A DNA stretch of 64,000 nucleotides from Bacillales bacterium UBA4694 (GTDB lineage Bacteria > Bacillota_I > Bacilli_A > RFN20 > CAG-288): NCBI GenBank assembly GCA_002404835.1, contig DHKM01000035.1, positions 32,921-96,920 on the forward strand, written 5' to 3'. Below are positions 8,950 through 18,088 of this stretch, one piece after another. The position numbers and the translations under genes were made by a program. The first letter of the stretch is position 1. Each line of letters begins with the position of its first letter. Under the pieces are notes generated by a model. The model saw nothing but the letters and a program-made list of their open reading frames with translations, did not search any database and had not been told where the DNA came from.

Positions 8950-11445
8950 ATGAAAAGAAACATCCGAATATCGATCCTTGGTCTTGCCATGGTTCTATCT
9001 TCCTGTGGAAAGTCCAATACAAGTCCATCGGTCGAACCATCGAAGAACAGCAATGCTTCGATTTCCAGTCTTCCGTCCACGTCCGGAAAGGAAAGCCCGA
9101 ATAAGAGCTCTGCTATCTCACCAAGCACTTCCGATACCACTTCGCCATCTCTGCCGAGTGCGGATACGACACCGTCGGACATCTACGAATTGATCCAGTC
9201 TGCTTCGGAAAATACCAATTTCACGATTCTTGATTCTTATCAGGATTCAACGGGTGCCGATGTCGAGTATTCGACATTCTATACCAAGGATTATATCTAT
9301 TATCAGTATTCCGATGCCGGATATGTCTCTTTGGAAAGCTATGACGGAAACGGAACACAGCTGTACAATTTCAGCAAGAGGCAGGCAGTCGAACTCGAGG
9401 ATGCTGTTTTCTACACGGATCCTGATACCAAGGAAGCTACTCCGATCAAGAAGACGGAAACCCTCAATCCTCTGATCGACGGCATCAAGAATGTCACGGC
9501 CGCGTCTTTTGAGACCAATGGCAGGTATTATTACTGCAAGGACAGCGTTCTGATCGAGGCTTTTGCCTATTTCCTCGGTGCCTCCGACTTTGTCGGAAGC
9601 ATGGCTGCTGTTACCTTCTCTTTGAGTACCTCCCTGGATTCTCTGGAATTCGGCTTTGCTCCAAACTTCAAGGGAAGTGATTCTGATACGTCTCTGATTG
9701 ATTCTCTTCATGGCGAACTGTTCGATGTCGGAAATACTTCCGTTCCAGAGCTGGACAGCTATCACTCTTCCTATATCCTTCCTACGACAAAACTGAGTGA
9801 TGATCTGCTTCTTAGTTTGGCTGATGAGATGTCCTATTCCACGAAGGTCGTCTACAGCTATCAGGGAAACAAGGAAGATGTCATAGAGCAGGAAGATGAT
9901 ATCATCCTGACGAATAGCGTAAGACAAATCACCCGTCATGTAAGCAAGATTGTTTCTCCTACTTATTCCTATCTGACAAAGGATTCTACGAATCAGAATG
10001 CTATCGACAACTATATTTCCTATGACAACAAAATCATAAAAGAGGATACGGGAGAGAAATTCGATTCTCTGGTCAAGAAACCAAGAAGCCTCTTCGAAAA
10101 AGATGCTTTCCGTCTCATGGATGACGGAAAGACCTATCATTATTTTGGGTATAAAGGAAGAAGTCTTATTGAAGACCTTACCGGATTCGATACGGGAAAC
10201 CTCAAGTCCATCGATGTGGTCGTCGAAGAAGGAAAGATAAAGTCTCTTCACGCTATCACTCCTCTGAGAAAGGATACCTATTCCCAGACGATGTATTATG
10301 ATGTGACAGTGGAATTCCAAAAGACTTCTACCATCAAACCTCTTGTTTGCTATCCGGAAAGCGATAGCGACACAAATCCTGTCCGCTACAACCTCAGCAA
10401 GGCAATCAGCAACTTCGGCTTTGATTTCGGCTCCATTTTCTATTCTTTCACGGCTACGATGAGTACGAAGAACACAAATAACTATAAGACGACACTTAAG
10501 GCTTTCAAGCAGAAGGAATCCGATTATGAGATGGATACCCTTCTTTTCGATAAGGAATTCGTGGATACGTCCACTGGTTCTATGGGTGACAAGATCCATG
10601 TCCAGACCGGATATTACAAGAAAGACAACTCTACTATTATTCCCTTCAAGGTCGTTGACGGAAAGGCCGTATCTTCTGGTCCGAACATCAAAGGCAATCT
10701 TGGAACGATTCTCGGATTTGATATTTCCGCCGATATCTTCGATGTCAAGGATACAAACGATTCAAAGTCCTATGACCATACGTATCAGGCAAGGACAGAG
10801 GCAAAGAATCTTTCCGGACATTTCCTCGGCTATGATAATCAGGACAGCATGATTCCCTCTTCTCTTACTATTCATACCGGTTCTTCTCAGTCTGCGTATG
10901 GTACGCTTGCCGTCATCGATTCCATCGAATACGAGTTCAACGGAGAGGACATCTATAAGGGAAAGGATGTTGTCTCTTTCACGGACTATGATAAGACCAA
11001 GGCACCGACCGACATCGATTTTTCCACGCTCAAGGATTGGGTGGAACCGAAGACCTGGAAAGAAGGAGTTTCCTCGGAAATCTCGGAAAAGATCGATTCA
11101 TCCTTGGGAGATGGAATGTCTTCCAAGATTCCGTTCCTTTATGACAAGGAGATGGAGGACAATTGGGAAATCGACTGCTATGACAACACGACCGATATGT
11201 CGGGTAAGGCAATCAGCTGGATCAATCTCTTCAACATGACCTATGCCGTTTCCGACAACAATGCCAGGAGTGATTATCTTACCAAGTATGCGACGCTTCT
11301 CAAGGATAACGGCTTTGTGGAAAAGCAGTATCCTCTGGCTAATCTCGGCCAGGGAACACAGCTTTACAGCGAGACTCTTGATCTGTACTGCAGAATCGCG
11401 GACAGCGTTTCTTCCGGAATTCGTTTCCTGAAATACATCGACTGA
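8950..11445 (+). CDS. surface lipoprotein (831 aa), paralog of the lipoprotein at 29024-31258
   Basis: Start moved to ATG 8950 (AGAGGAG 6 nt upstream). MKRNIRISILGLAMVLSSC is a signal peptide plus lipobox, followed by an S/T/P-rich linker. Shares ELIQ...NFT(I/L), SKIP(F/Y)L and Y(L/I)T(K/R)Y...L...G(F/Y) landmarks with 29024-31258. Confidence 0.8.
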   Translation: MKRNIRISILGLAMVLSSCGKSNTSPSVEPSKNSNASISSLPSTSGKESPNKSSAISPSTSDTTSPSLPSADTTPSDIYELIQSASENTNFTILDSYQDSTGADVEYSTFYTKDYIYYQYSDAGYVSLESYDGNGTQLYNFSKRQAVELEDAVFYTDPDTKEATPIKKTETLNPLIDGIKNVTAASFETNGRYYYCKDSVLIEAFAYFLGASDFVGSMAAVTFSLSTSLDSLEFGFAPNFKGSDSDTSLIDSLHGELFDVGNTSVPELDSYHSSYILPTTKLSDDLLLSLADEMSYSTKVVYSYQGNKEDVIEQEDDIILTNSVRQITRHVSKIVSPTYSYLTKDSTNQNAIDNYISYDNKIIKEDTGEKFDSLVKKPRSLFEKDAFRLMDDGKTYHYFGYKGRSLIEDLTGFDTGNLKSIDVVVEEGKIKSLHAITPLRKDTYSQTMYYDVTVEFQKTSTIKPLVCYPESDSDTNPVRYNLSKAISNFGFDFGSIFYSFTATMSTKNTNNYKTTLKAFKQKESDYEMDTLLFDKEFVDTSTGSMGDKIHVQTGYYKKDNSTIIPFKVVDGKAVSSGPNIKGNLGTILGFDISADIFDVKDTNDSKSYDHTYQARTEAKNLSGHFLGYDNQDSMIPSSLTIHTGSSQSAYGTLAVIDSIEYEFNGEDIYKGKDVVSFTDYDKTKAPTDIDFSTLKDWVEPKTWKEGVSSEISEKIDSSLGDGMSSKIPFLYDKEMEDNWEIDCYDNTTDMSGKAISWINLFNMTYAVSDNNARSDYLTKYATLLKDNGFVEKQYPLANLGQGTQLYSETLDLYCRIADSVSSGIRFLKYID

Positions 11446-11481
11446 AAAAATCTTCCTGCTCTCTTGGGCGGGAAGCTTTTG
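11445..11481. terminator. bidirectional intrinsic terminator
   Basis: Stem cttcctgc (11452-11459) / gcgggaag (11468-11475) with one G-U pair and an 8-nt loop. A6 upstream and T-rich downstream. Lies between convergent genes. Confidence 0.55.
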
Positions 11482-11494
11482 CTTTGGAATCGAA

Positions 11495-13468
11495 TTATCT
11501 TTGTTTTTTCGTTTCCTTCCGGTAGAGGACAAAAGAGAGAAGGAAATCAAGAGCAAGGTACAATAGTGTAAGCGGGATTCCGAAAAGGAAGAAGGTCATT
11601 CCTTTCGATTGGATCAGAGCCAGAAGTCCGGAGAGAAGGAAGGAGACCGATAGGGAGAGAAGAAGCGGAAGATAGGAGAGAAGGAAAAGCGATTTCCGGC
11701 TCATACCGGATGAATATAGAAAAAGGAAATCGTGCCGATGCTTCTTCAGGATGTAATCGTAGTAGATAAGTTCGATAAAGAGGGAAATAAGAAGGAAGAA
11801 ATAGAGCATGAGGGAGTAGGAATACACGCTGTTGCTGTATGTGCTTGTGTTCTGATAGACTGTTTTGAATATGGATTCCACTTTTTTGTTTTTGTAGGGG
11901 GCATTGACGTGCAGACTGTTTTTATACAGGTACCATGCCAAGGAAGATTGGTTTCTGTCTGTCAGATAGGCTATTCTTGTGTGTTTCTGGTATTCCCGTA
12001 ATATCTTTCTGATGGTCGTGTCCGCCAAAACGATGGTTCCGTCCTCCTTGGGACCGAGATAGACGCAGTCCACGCCACCAGGAAAGAACTCGTTGTAGTT
12101 CAGTTGGAAGCTTGCGTTTTTCGAATGAGATGGTAAAAAGTAGAAATCCGAGATCTTTTCTGAGGAATAATATCTCTCGTCAAGGACATAGAAGGTGTTT
12201 TCCTGGAAATCATAATCCTTATACTCGGGATTCTGTCTCACAAAGCGGGTAGAGGAGATGAGCAAAACGGGAAAGCTGATCTCGGACATCATTTCCTCTA
12301 TGCTCTTTTTGTCCGTGGCATAATAGAAATAGTATTCTAACAAAGCGATATTCGTTGGGTCGTTTTCCGTTTTCCTTTTGAAGAAAAGACCATCGGGAAA
12401 GCTGTCGTCTTTGATGATTGGATATGTTTCGTTGTTTGAAACGACAAGTCTGCCGTCTACGATCAGTTTCCCGTTTTGCGAATCTTTTGACTTTTCCAGA
12501 TATTCCTCGTAGGTCTTGTTTGTGCAATAGGCAGTGTCGCTTTTCTCTGCCTTATCGGAATACACAAGAGGAACGTTGTAATCGGCGCAAACAAAACTCT
12601 GATCTGCATAGGATTCCATAAGCCTATCGTTGTCGAAAAAATTTGTCGAGTCCACAGTGATATATTCGGAATTCCGGATTCCGTCCAACAGATAGAAAAA
12701 ACAATCGTTTCTTAAGGCATACAGGGAAATATAGACCAATGTGAAAAGCAAAGTAAAGCAGATGGTGTTCAGAAAGGTCTTGGATTTCAGATTCCAAAGG
12801 AAACGGGAAAAGATGGATCCTTTGTTTATCGAGAAGGAATGCCCGCTTTCCTGTTCCGGCTTTTCTTCTTCTTCGGATTTTCTAATACAGGTCAAAGTAT
12901 GATTCTCAAGAAGAAATACGGAACTTGCCAAGTCAATCAGAGAGACATCATGGGATACGAGGATGACCAGACAATGATTGGATAGTTCCTTTATTTTGCC
13001 GATGACCGTTTTTCTATTTTCCATATCCAGGGAAGAAAGGACCTCATCGAGAAGGAAAATCTTCTTGTTCTGGTTCAGGGCTGAATCCAGAATGGCTTTT
13101 TGCTGCTGGCCTTGGGAATATTGGTGGATGGGTGTATTCGTTTTTGGTTTCTCTTTGGAATATAGGTTCTGGTTTCTTTCGATGGAAAGGAATGATACCA
13201 TGTTCTGTTTCTGAAGGACATAGACGATATTGTCCTTACGGAATCGGGTTCTCGTTTTCTCTTTGGATTGTTTTAGATTCTTTCCATCATAAAGGATGTC
13301 TCCTTCGTAGGAGGTATCGATTAGGGAAAGCATATTGAAAAGAGTGGTTTTTCCGCATCCATTTTCCCCTTTGATGATGATCAATCCTTTGGCGGGAAAG
13401 GAGATGTCATCGATATGGAAGAGAATCTTTCCGTCGAAGGATTTTGTGATGTTTCTAAGTGTGATCAT
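11495..13468 (-). CDS. single-polypeptide ABC transporter: N-terminal ATPase fused to FtsX/MacB-like permease with large extracytoplasmic loop
   Basis: Walker A GENGCGKTT, degenerate signature YSQGQQQK, Walker B IFLLDE, H-loop VSHD in aa 1-200. Then one TM (FLNTICFTLLFTLVYISLYAL), a ~290-aa loop and three C-terminal TM helices. Confidence 0.8.
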   Translation of the reverse strand: MITLRNITKSFDGKILFHIDDISFPAKGLIIIKGENGCGKTTLFNMLSLIDTSYEGDILYDGKNLKQSKEKTRTRFRKDNIVYVLQKQNMVSFLSIERNQNLYSKEKPKTNTPIHQYSQGQQQKAILDSALNQNKKIFLLDEVLSSLDMENRKTVIGKIKELSNHCLVILVSHDVSLIDLASSVFLLENHTLTCIRKSEEEEKPEQESGHSFSINKGSIFSRFLWNLKSKTFLNTICFTLLFTLVYISLYALRNDCFFYLLDGIRNSEYITVDSTNFFDNDRLMESYADQSFVCADYNVPLVYSDKAEKSDTAYCTNKTYEEYLEKSKDSQNGKLIVDGRLVVSNNETYPIIKDDSFPDGLFFKRKTENDPTNIALLEYYFYYATDKKSIEEMMSEISFPVLLISSTRFVRQNPEYKDYDFQENTFYVLDERYYSSEKISDFYFLPSHSKNASFQLNYNEFFPGGVDCVYLGPKEDGTIVLADTTIRKILREYQKHTRIAYLTDRNQSSLAWYLYKNSLHVNAPYKNKKVESIFKTVYQNTSTYSNSVYSYSLMLYFFLLISLFIELIYYDYILKKHRHDFLFLYSSGMSRKSLFLLSYLPLLLSLSVSFLLSGLLALIQSKGMTFFLFGIPLTLLYLALDFLLSFVLYRKETKKQR

Positions 13469-13761
13469 TTATGGACGTAGGACGATGCTTTCTGTGGCAT
13501 TGGATTCGAAAGTATCCAGTGCGGTATGTGATCATGATAGGTATCGAGCTTTAGATCTATGGTTATTTTATTCGGCTTTTTTGAGCTTTCAACGCCGAAT
13601 GCACCATAGAACGTGAAATCAAATGGGTCATCTTCGTCCTTTCTATTTTTGCAGGTAATATAGTCATGTTTGATTTTGGATTCCACTTGCTTGAAATTAC
13701 TGCTAGAAGCACTCATCAGTAAAATGGATAAGGGGATACAGGTTAATTTTTTAAAATTCAT
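13465..13761 (-). CDS. small secreted protein (98 aa), first gene of the ABC operon
   Basis: SD AAAGGA 8 nt upstream. Signal peptide MNFKKLTCIPLSILLMSASS. Its stop overlaps the ABC start (ATGA). Confidence 0.6.
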   Translation of the reverse strand: MNFKKLTCIPLSILLMSASSSNFKQVESKIKHDYITCKNRKDEDDPFDFTFYGAFGVESSKKPNKITIDLKLDTYHDHIPHWILSNPMPQKASSYVHK

Positions 13762-13851
13762 AATTTATATCCTTTTGTCTATATTTTAAAAAAATGAGCA
13801 ATAGAATAAAGAACAAATATGAGTATAATTGTGCATTAAGGGGATGAAATT

Positions 13852-14322
13852 ATGGACTCAAGATTCGAAAACAAGAGAAAGATGATATTCGATGGCTTGA
13901 CTTCTTTTCTGCAAATTCACGAAGAAAAGGAGCTGAACATATCACTTTTATGCCTTTTTTCTAAAATCCAAAGACATTGTTTCTATAACCATTACGAAAA
14001 TCTTTTGCAGTTGTATGATGACTATTCCAAAGACTTGATGGAAACTATCGAAAAAGATATTCATTTGAAATCCCCTGCTTCGGTTACCATGGAAGAAAAA
14101 ATACAGGCTTTTCTTGACGTCATTGAGAAGAACAAACAAAGGATGAACGCATATTATAGGATTCTGAAATACGAATTCTCGCGTGCGAGATTCTACGCCT
14201 TGGAAAAGGCAAGCTTAATTCAGGATTCTGGGTATTCTTTTGAAAACCAAATTCAGGGAAAATTCGTGATGGCTGGAATCAATGCTGTGATTCACAATTT
14301 CTTTTTTTGTCAAAAAGACTGA
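13852..14322 (+). CDS. putative TetR/AcrR-like transcriptional regulator (divergent from the ABC operon)
   Basis: SD AAGGGGA. The N-terminal segment ISLLCLFSKIQRHCFYNHYENLLQL resembles the TetR HTH tail (..FYxHFxxKxxL). The size of 156 aa is rather short for the family. Weak assignment. Confidence 0.45.
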   Translation: MDSRFENKRKMIFDGLTSFLQIHEEKELNISLLCLFSKIQRHCFYNHYENLLQLYDDYSKDLMETIEKDIHLKSPASVTMEEKIQAFLDVIEKNKQRMNAYYRILKYEFSRARFYALEKASLIQDSGYSFENQIQGKFVMAGINAVIHNFFFCQKD

Positions 14323-14395
14323 CGATTCTAAGAAACACATGGTCATGTATGTCGCTTCTTTGATTAAGAAAAATTTGTAATATTTATAGAAAACA

Positions 14396-14423
14396 CGGCA
14401 GCACAGGATGTTCTGTGCTGCCG
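14396..14423. terminator. bidirectional intrinsic terminator
   Basis: 11-bp perfect stem cggcagcacag / ctgtgctgccg with a 6-nt loop, followed by gggttttgttt on the plus strand and tgttttct on the minus strand. Lies between convergent genes. Confidence 0.85.
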
Positions 14424-14431
14424 GGTTTTGT

Positions 14432-17400
14432 TTAGTATTCTTCGCCGCTTTCGGTTTCTTTGACTGCTTTTTCCTTGACTTTGACTTTATCGGTTGCAAC
14501 AAGGGCAATGTAGGCTAAATCAAGAACGGAGAACAGTCCGACAACACCCCATCCGACATACATGCCGATACGCCATGGGGCTGTGGAAGTGACAACGTGT
14601 GCTCCTGGTGCGACACCTTGCATGATGTTGGAATTGGCTTTGTTGTAAAGAATATGCTTGGTAGCATCTTTCAACCAATAGACTGCGGTTGCACTTTCGG
14701 TATCGTAAAGTCCGTTGTTTCCGTTGTTGCTTAGAGTCAAGGCACCGCCTTTTCTGAGCATCTGGTCGGTGTTCATGTAGGTAGTCGGTTCTCCACCGGC
14801 ATCGGTGATGGTGGTTCCGATGTATCCGAACTCATCTCTGAGGATATCGTTGATGGAATCGGAAGCTCCGGCATAAGTGGCTCCGACTCTGTTGTAGGAG
14901 GTCATGATTCCGGTTGCTGCCGGCATCGTAGTCTTCTTCATCTCGTACTTGCCTTCGCTGTCTGTACCATAATAGCTGATTTCCATCGTGGCTTCCTTGA
15001 TATAGATTTCCCAGCCTCTGACATAGACTTCTCTGAAGGCCTGTTCGTTGACATAGGCACAGTATCCGTTCTTCTGACGGTTGGTTTCCTGTTCGTTGAG
15101 GACATAGTGCTTCATGAAGGTGATGAGACCTTTTTCGCTGGCGGCACTTGCTTCGGCTGCAGCCATCTTTCCGGCAAGGAGAGCATCCTCGGAATAGTAC
15201 TCGTAGTTTCTTCCTCCGAAGGCGGAACGGTGGACATTGAGACCGTATCCGTATAGTCCGGTGATGAGAGAACCTCCGGAAAGCTTGTTTCCGTAGGATT
15301 CCTCGGCAAAGGCTTCGCCAACCTTCCTTGCAATCGTCGTATTGAACGTGGCAGCGACCATCGGATCTCCGCAGTACCACTTGTTGACGTTGTTTATCTT
15401 CAGAGCGTGGGCATAGTATCCGTATGGAGAGTCGGCATCATAGGAAATCGGGACTCCGTTTTCGTCATCGGCGAGTTCGTTCCAACCACCGTTCGAGAAC
15501 ATGTTGACCATGCTGTCAAGGGTGAACTGGTTCATGTAGTCGTCCCATTTCGGATCGTTGTAGCTCACACCTCTCATATCGGCCAGGGTATAACTGGTTT
15601 CATCGGTGTTGACACTGGGCATTTCCTTTATCGTATTGTTCTCGTCGGCCCAGACGTCGAACTTGGCTACCTGCTTCAGGGCTCTTTCGTCCTTCATGAC
15701 AAGATCGTCCTTGGTCGGAGCGGTCGGGAAGGATTTCTTGAAGTCGGCTCTGGAGAAATCGTGGATATATCCGTCTCCGGTGCTTCCTTCCTGGTAGGAC
15801 TTGAACTTGTAGTTCAGTTCGTTGTCTTCCTTGTTGGTTGCAACCGTGAGGTCTGTCTTTCTTTTTCCAGCCTTTCCGTCCTTGTAGATCAGAGTATCGG
15901 AATAGGTATAGGTGAAAAGGTGTTTTGCCTTTTCGGAAGAGGATTCCTTATCGATATTTGCCCAGGAATGTGCATCGTCTGCAAGATAGAAATTGTAGTC
16001 GCCTTTGTCCATGACATAACATTTTTCGTTCTTGTAGTCATAGGAGGTGAAGTAGTCTTCCTTGACGTTGATGTCGATGACTTCGCTCTCTCCTTTGTTT
16101 AGGAGCTTTGTCTTAGCAAATCCGGCAAGGAGGACATGGGATTTTTCAATTCCGCCTTTGGTATATGGGGCACTGACATAGATCTGGGCGACTTTCTTTC
16201 CGGCCATGTCTCCTTTGTTGGTGACCTTGACCTTGAAAGCAAATTCTCCGGTGTCCTTGTTGTAGGTCGGTGTTCCTTCGTATTCCATGGAGAAGTCGGT
16301 ATAGCTTAGACCGTATCCGAACGGATAGACAACAGCTTCATCGTAGTCGAATCCGGAATAGTTTCCTTTCATGCTTTCATAGGCAGCTGTCTCATAGTAG
16401 CGGTATCCGGAATAGATGCCTTCTTCGTATTCGACGAAGAAAGTCTCGTCCTGGTAGGAGTTCAGGGATTTGGAGTTGGTGTATTTGAAGGAACCGAAGT
16501 TGTTGAAGGTAGGATCCTTGGTGAGGTCTCTGGCATAGGTATCGACAAGATGTCCGCTGGGGTTGGTGGTTCCGTCGAGGATGTTGGCGATTGCCTTTCC
16601 GCCCTGGCTTCCGCAGCATCCTGCCCAGAAGGCACCCTGGATTTTGGACATGTCGTATTTCTGGGTCTTGTTATACGGATCAGTGTACATCATGTTGCTA
16701 TCCATGTTGGGATCGTTCTTGTCGAGGAATCCCAGTTCCATGGTATTGGCAGCGTTGATGACGACGATGACTTTCTTGAAATGCTTCGAGGCATAGTCGA
16801 GAAGCTTGAGTTCGGAATTCTTGAGCGTAAGTCCGGTCCTGTTCTGCTCGGATGCACCGGCGTTCATGGACTGGTCGTTTCCTTCTCCGGAATTCCTCTT
16901 CAAAGTGACGATGGCAGTGTCATAGACGCTGAAGGAATCGAGTGCGGAATCCAAGGCGGATTGGGGATCGTCGAAGTCGCCTTTTGTGCTCTCTGCCTCA
17001 TAGATTTCGTTCACCTTGGTATTGGTGTCGAACTTTTCCTGGATGCCTTTGGCGATGCTTACGGCTCCTTTGGTCGTGGCGGGATCTTCGCCGCCGGACA
17101 TGTTGTTGTGCCAGGAATAATATCCGAGAATGGTGACTTTTGCCTTCTTTTCAAGCGGAAGGGCATTGTTTTCGTTCTTCAGAAGGGTGATACCTTCTTC
17201 GGCGGTGAGCTGAGTGATGTCCTGGGCATTCTTCAAGGCCTCGTCCTGGCTTTTTACCTTGAAGTCGATATAGTCTGCGGAAAGACCGCTTCCGGTATCG
17301 GTGACGGTGCTTTTTCCCGGAAAGAGTAGATCGAGGTTCTTCCCGTTCATATTGGCGGCGATGGTAAGACCGGTAGCCAGGGCAAGTACACTGACTCCGA

Positions 17401-17443
17401 TGATACTCATGGTTCTTATTCTGGATTTTTTTGCTTTGTTCAT
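14432..17443 (-). CDS. glycoside hydrolase family 3 (beta-glucosidase/xylosidase type) with reversed domain order, N-terminal signal/anchor and C-terminal TM helix
   Basis: SD GAAGGAG. The N-terminal half carries GH3 C-domain and Fn3-like landmarks (LLKNENNALPL, PFGYGLSYTDF, KVKVTNKGDMAGKKVAQIY). The C-terminal half carries barrel landmarks (GGRNYEYYSEDALLAG, KHYVLNEQETNR, IMTSYNRVG, GYIGTTITDAGG with the nucleophile Asp). Last 45 aa contain WRIGMYVGWGVVGLFSVLDLAYIALVA. Confidence 0.9.
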   Translation of the reverse strand: MNKAKKSRIRTMSIIGVSVLALATGLTIAANMNGKNLDLLFPGKSTVTDTGSGLSADYIDFKVKSQDEALKNAQDITQLTAEEGITLLKNENNALPLEKKAKVTILGYYSWHNNMSGGEDPATTKGAVSIAKGIQEKFDTNTKVNEIYEAESTKGDFDDPQSALDSALDSFSVYDTAIVTLKRNSGEGNDQSMNAGASEQNRTGLTLKNSELKLLDYASKHFKKVIVVINAANTMELGFLDKNDPNMDSNMMYTDPYNKTQKYDMSKIQGAFWAGCCGSQGGKAIANILDGTTNPSGHLVDTYARDLTKDPTFNNFGSFKYTNSKSLNSYQDETFFVEYEEGIYSGYRYYETAAYESMKGNYSGFDYDEAVVYPFGYGLSYTDFSMEYEGTPTYNKDTGEFAFKVKVTNKGDMAGKKVAQIYVSAPYTKGGIEKSHVLLAGFAKTKLLNKGESEVIDINVKEDYFTSYDYKNEKCYVMDKGDYNFYLADDAHSWANIDKESSSEKAKHLFTYTYSDTLIYKDGKAGKRKTDLTVATNKEDNELNYKFKSYQEGSTGDGYIHDFSRADFKKSFPTAPTKDDLVMKDERALKQVAKFDVWADENNTIKEMPSVNTDETSYTLADMRGVSYNDPKWDDYMNQFTLDSMVNMFSNGGWNELADDENGVPISYDADSPYGYYAHALKINNVNKWYCGDPMVAATFNTTIARKVGEAFAEESYGNKLSGGSLITGLYGYGLNVHRSAFGGRNYEYYSEDALLAGKMAAAEASAASEKGLITFMKHYVLNEQETNRQKNGYCAYVNEQAFREVYVRGWEIYIKEATMEISYYGTDSEGKYEMKKTTMPAATGIMTSYNRVGATYAGASDSINDILRDEFGYIGTTITDAGGEPTTYMNTDQMLRKGGALTLSNNGNNGLYDTESATAVYWLKDATKHILYNKANSNIMQGVAPGAHVVTSTAPWRIGMYVGWGVVGLFSVLDLAYIALVATDKVKVKEKAVKETESGEEY

Positions 17444-18087
17444 TATTTGGTTTGCTCCTTCTTTCTAGAAAGGCTGATCTGCCTTCCGAGCTTCTTCTGG
17501 TAGATAAGGATGGCTGCGTCACAGGCTTTGACTGCTGCAGTCACAATGGAGACGATGAGAATGAGTGTCGGATAGAATGTTTTATGGAACATGACTTCCC
17601 CGTTAAGTGCCGGGAGCAGGTATTCCTTATAGTAGTTCTGATATGAGTCGTGGACTTGTGAGGCGTTCTGGATGGCAAACTTGTCGCAGTTGAAGAGCAT
17701 GATGCCTCCGAAAATGGCAAGTACTGCCATGATGATCTCGACGATGGCTTTTTTCTTGTTGGTGCCTTTGCGGTTGAAGTTCTTCATCAGAATGATCGAG
17801 GTGACGATCAGTCCGATAAGCGGGACGAAAAGACCCAAGCAGTTATAGATGTTGAAGGTGAATTCCGTGTAGTTCTGGATGATCATCTCGCCGACGCCGT
17901 AGTAGATGCACTGCCAACCCGGATAAGTGAACGGGTTTTCGTATTTCGTTCCTGGAAGAGTCTGGATTGTGAAGACTCCGGCGAAATTGAAACAGACAAG
18001 CAGGACAGCCAATGCCAAAGAGAATCCTAACGATACGTAGAAGAAGATTCGGTTAAGCTTCTTCACAAGATTCATTCTTTCTTCCAT
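17443..18087 (-). CDS. polytopic membrane protein (214 aa, ~5 TM), unknown function
   Basis: SD GGAGG 6 nt upstream. Several hydrophobic helices (IFFYVSLGFSLALAVLLVCF, LGLFVPLIGLIVTSIILM, IVEIIMAVLAIFGGIMLF, PTLILIVSIVTAAV). Its stop overlaps the GH3 start. Confidence 0.75.
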   Translation of the reverse strand: MEERMNLVKKLNRIFFYVSLGFSLALAVLLVCFNFAGVFTIQTLPGTKYENPFTYPGWQCIYYGVGEMIIQNYTEFTFNIYNCLGLFVPLIGLIVTSIILMKNFNRKGTNKKKAIVEIIMAVLAIFGGIMLFNCDKFAIQNASQVHDSYQNYYKEYLLPALNGEVMFHKTFYPTLILIVSIVTAAVKACDAAILIYQKKLGRQISLSRKKEQTK

Positions 18088-18088
18088 T

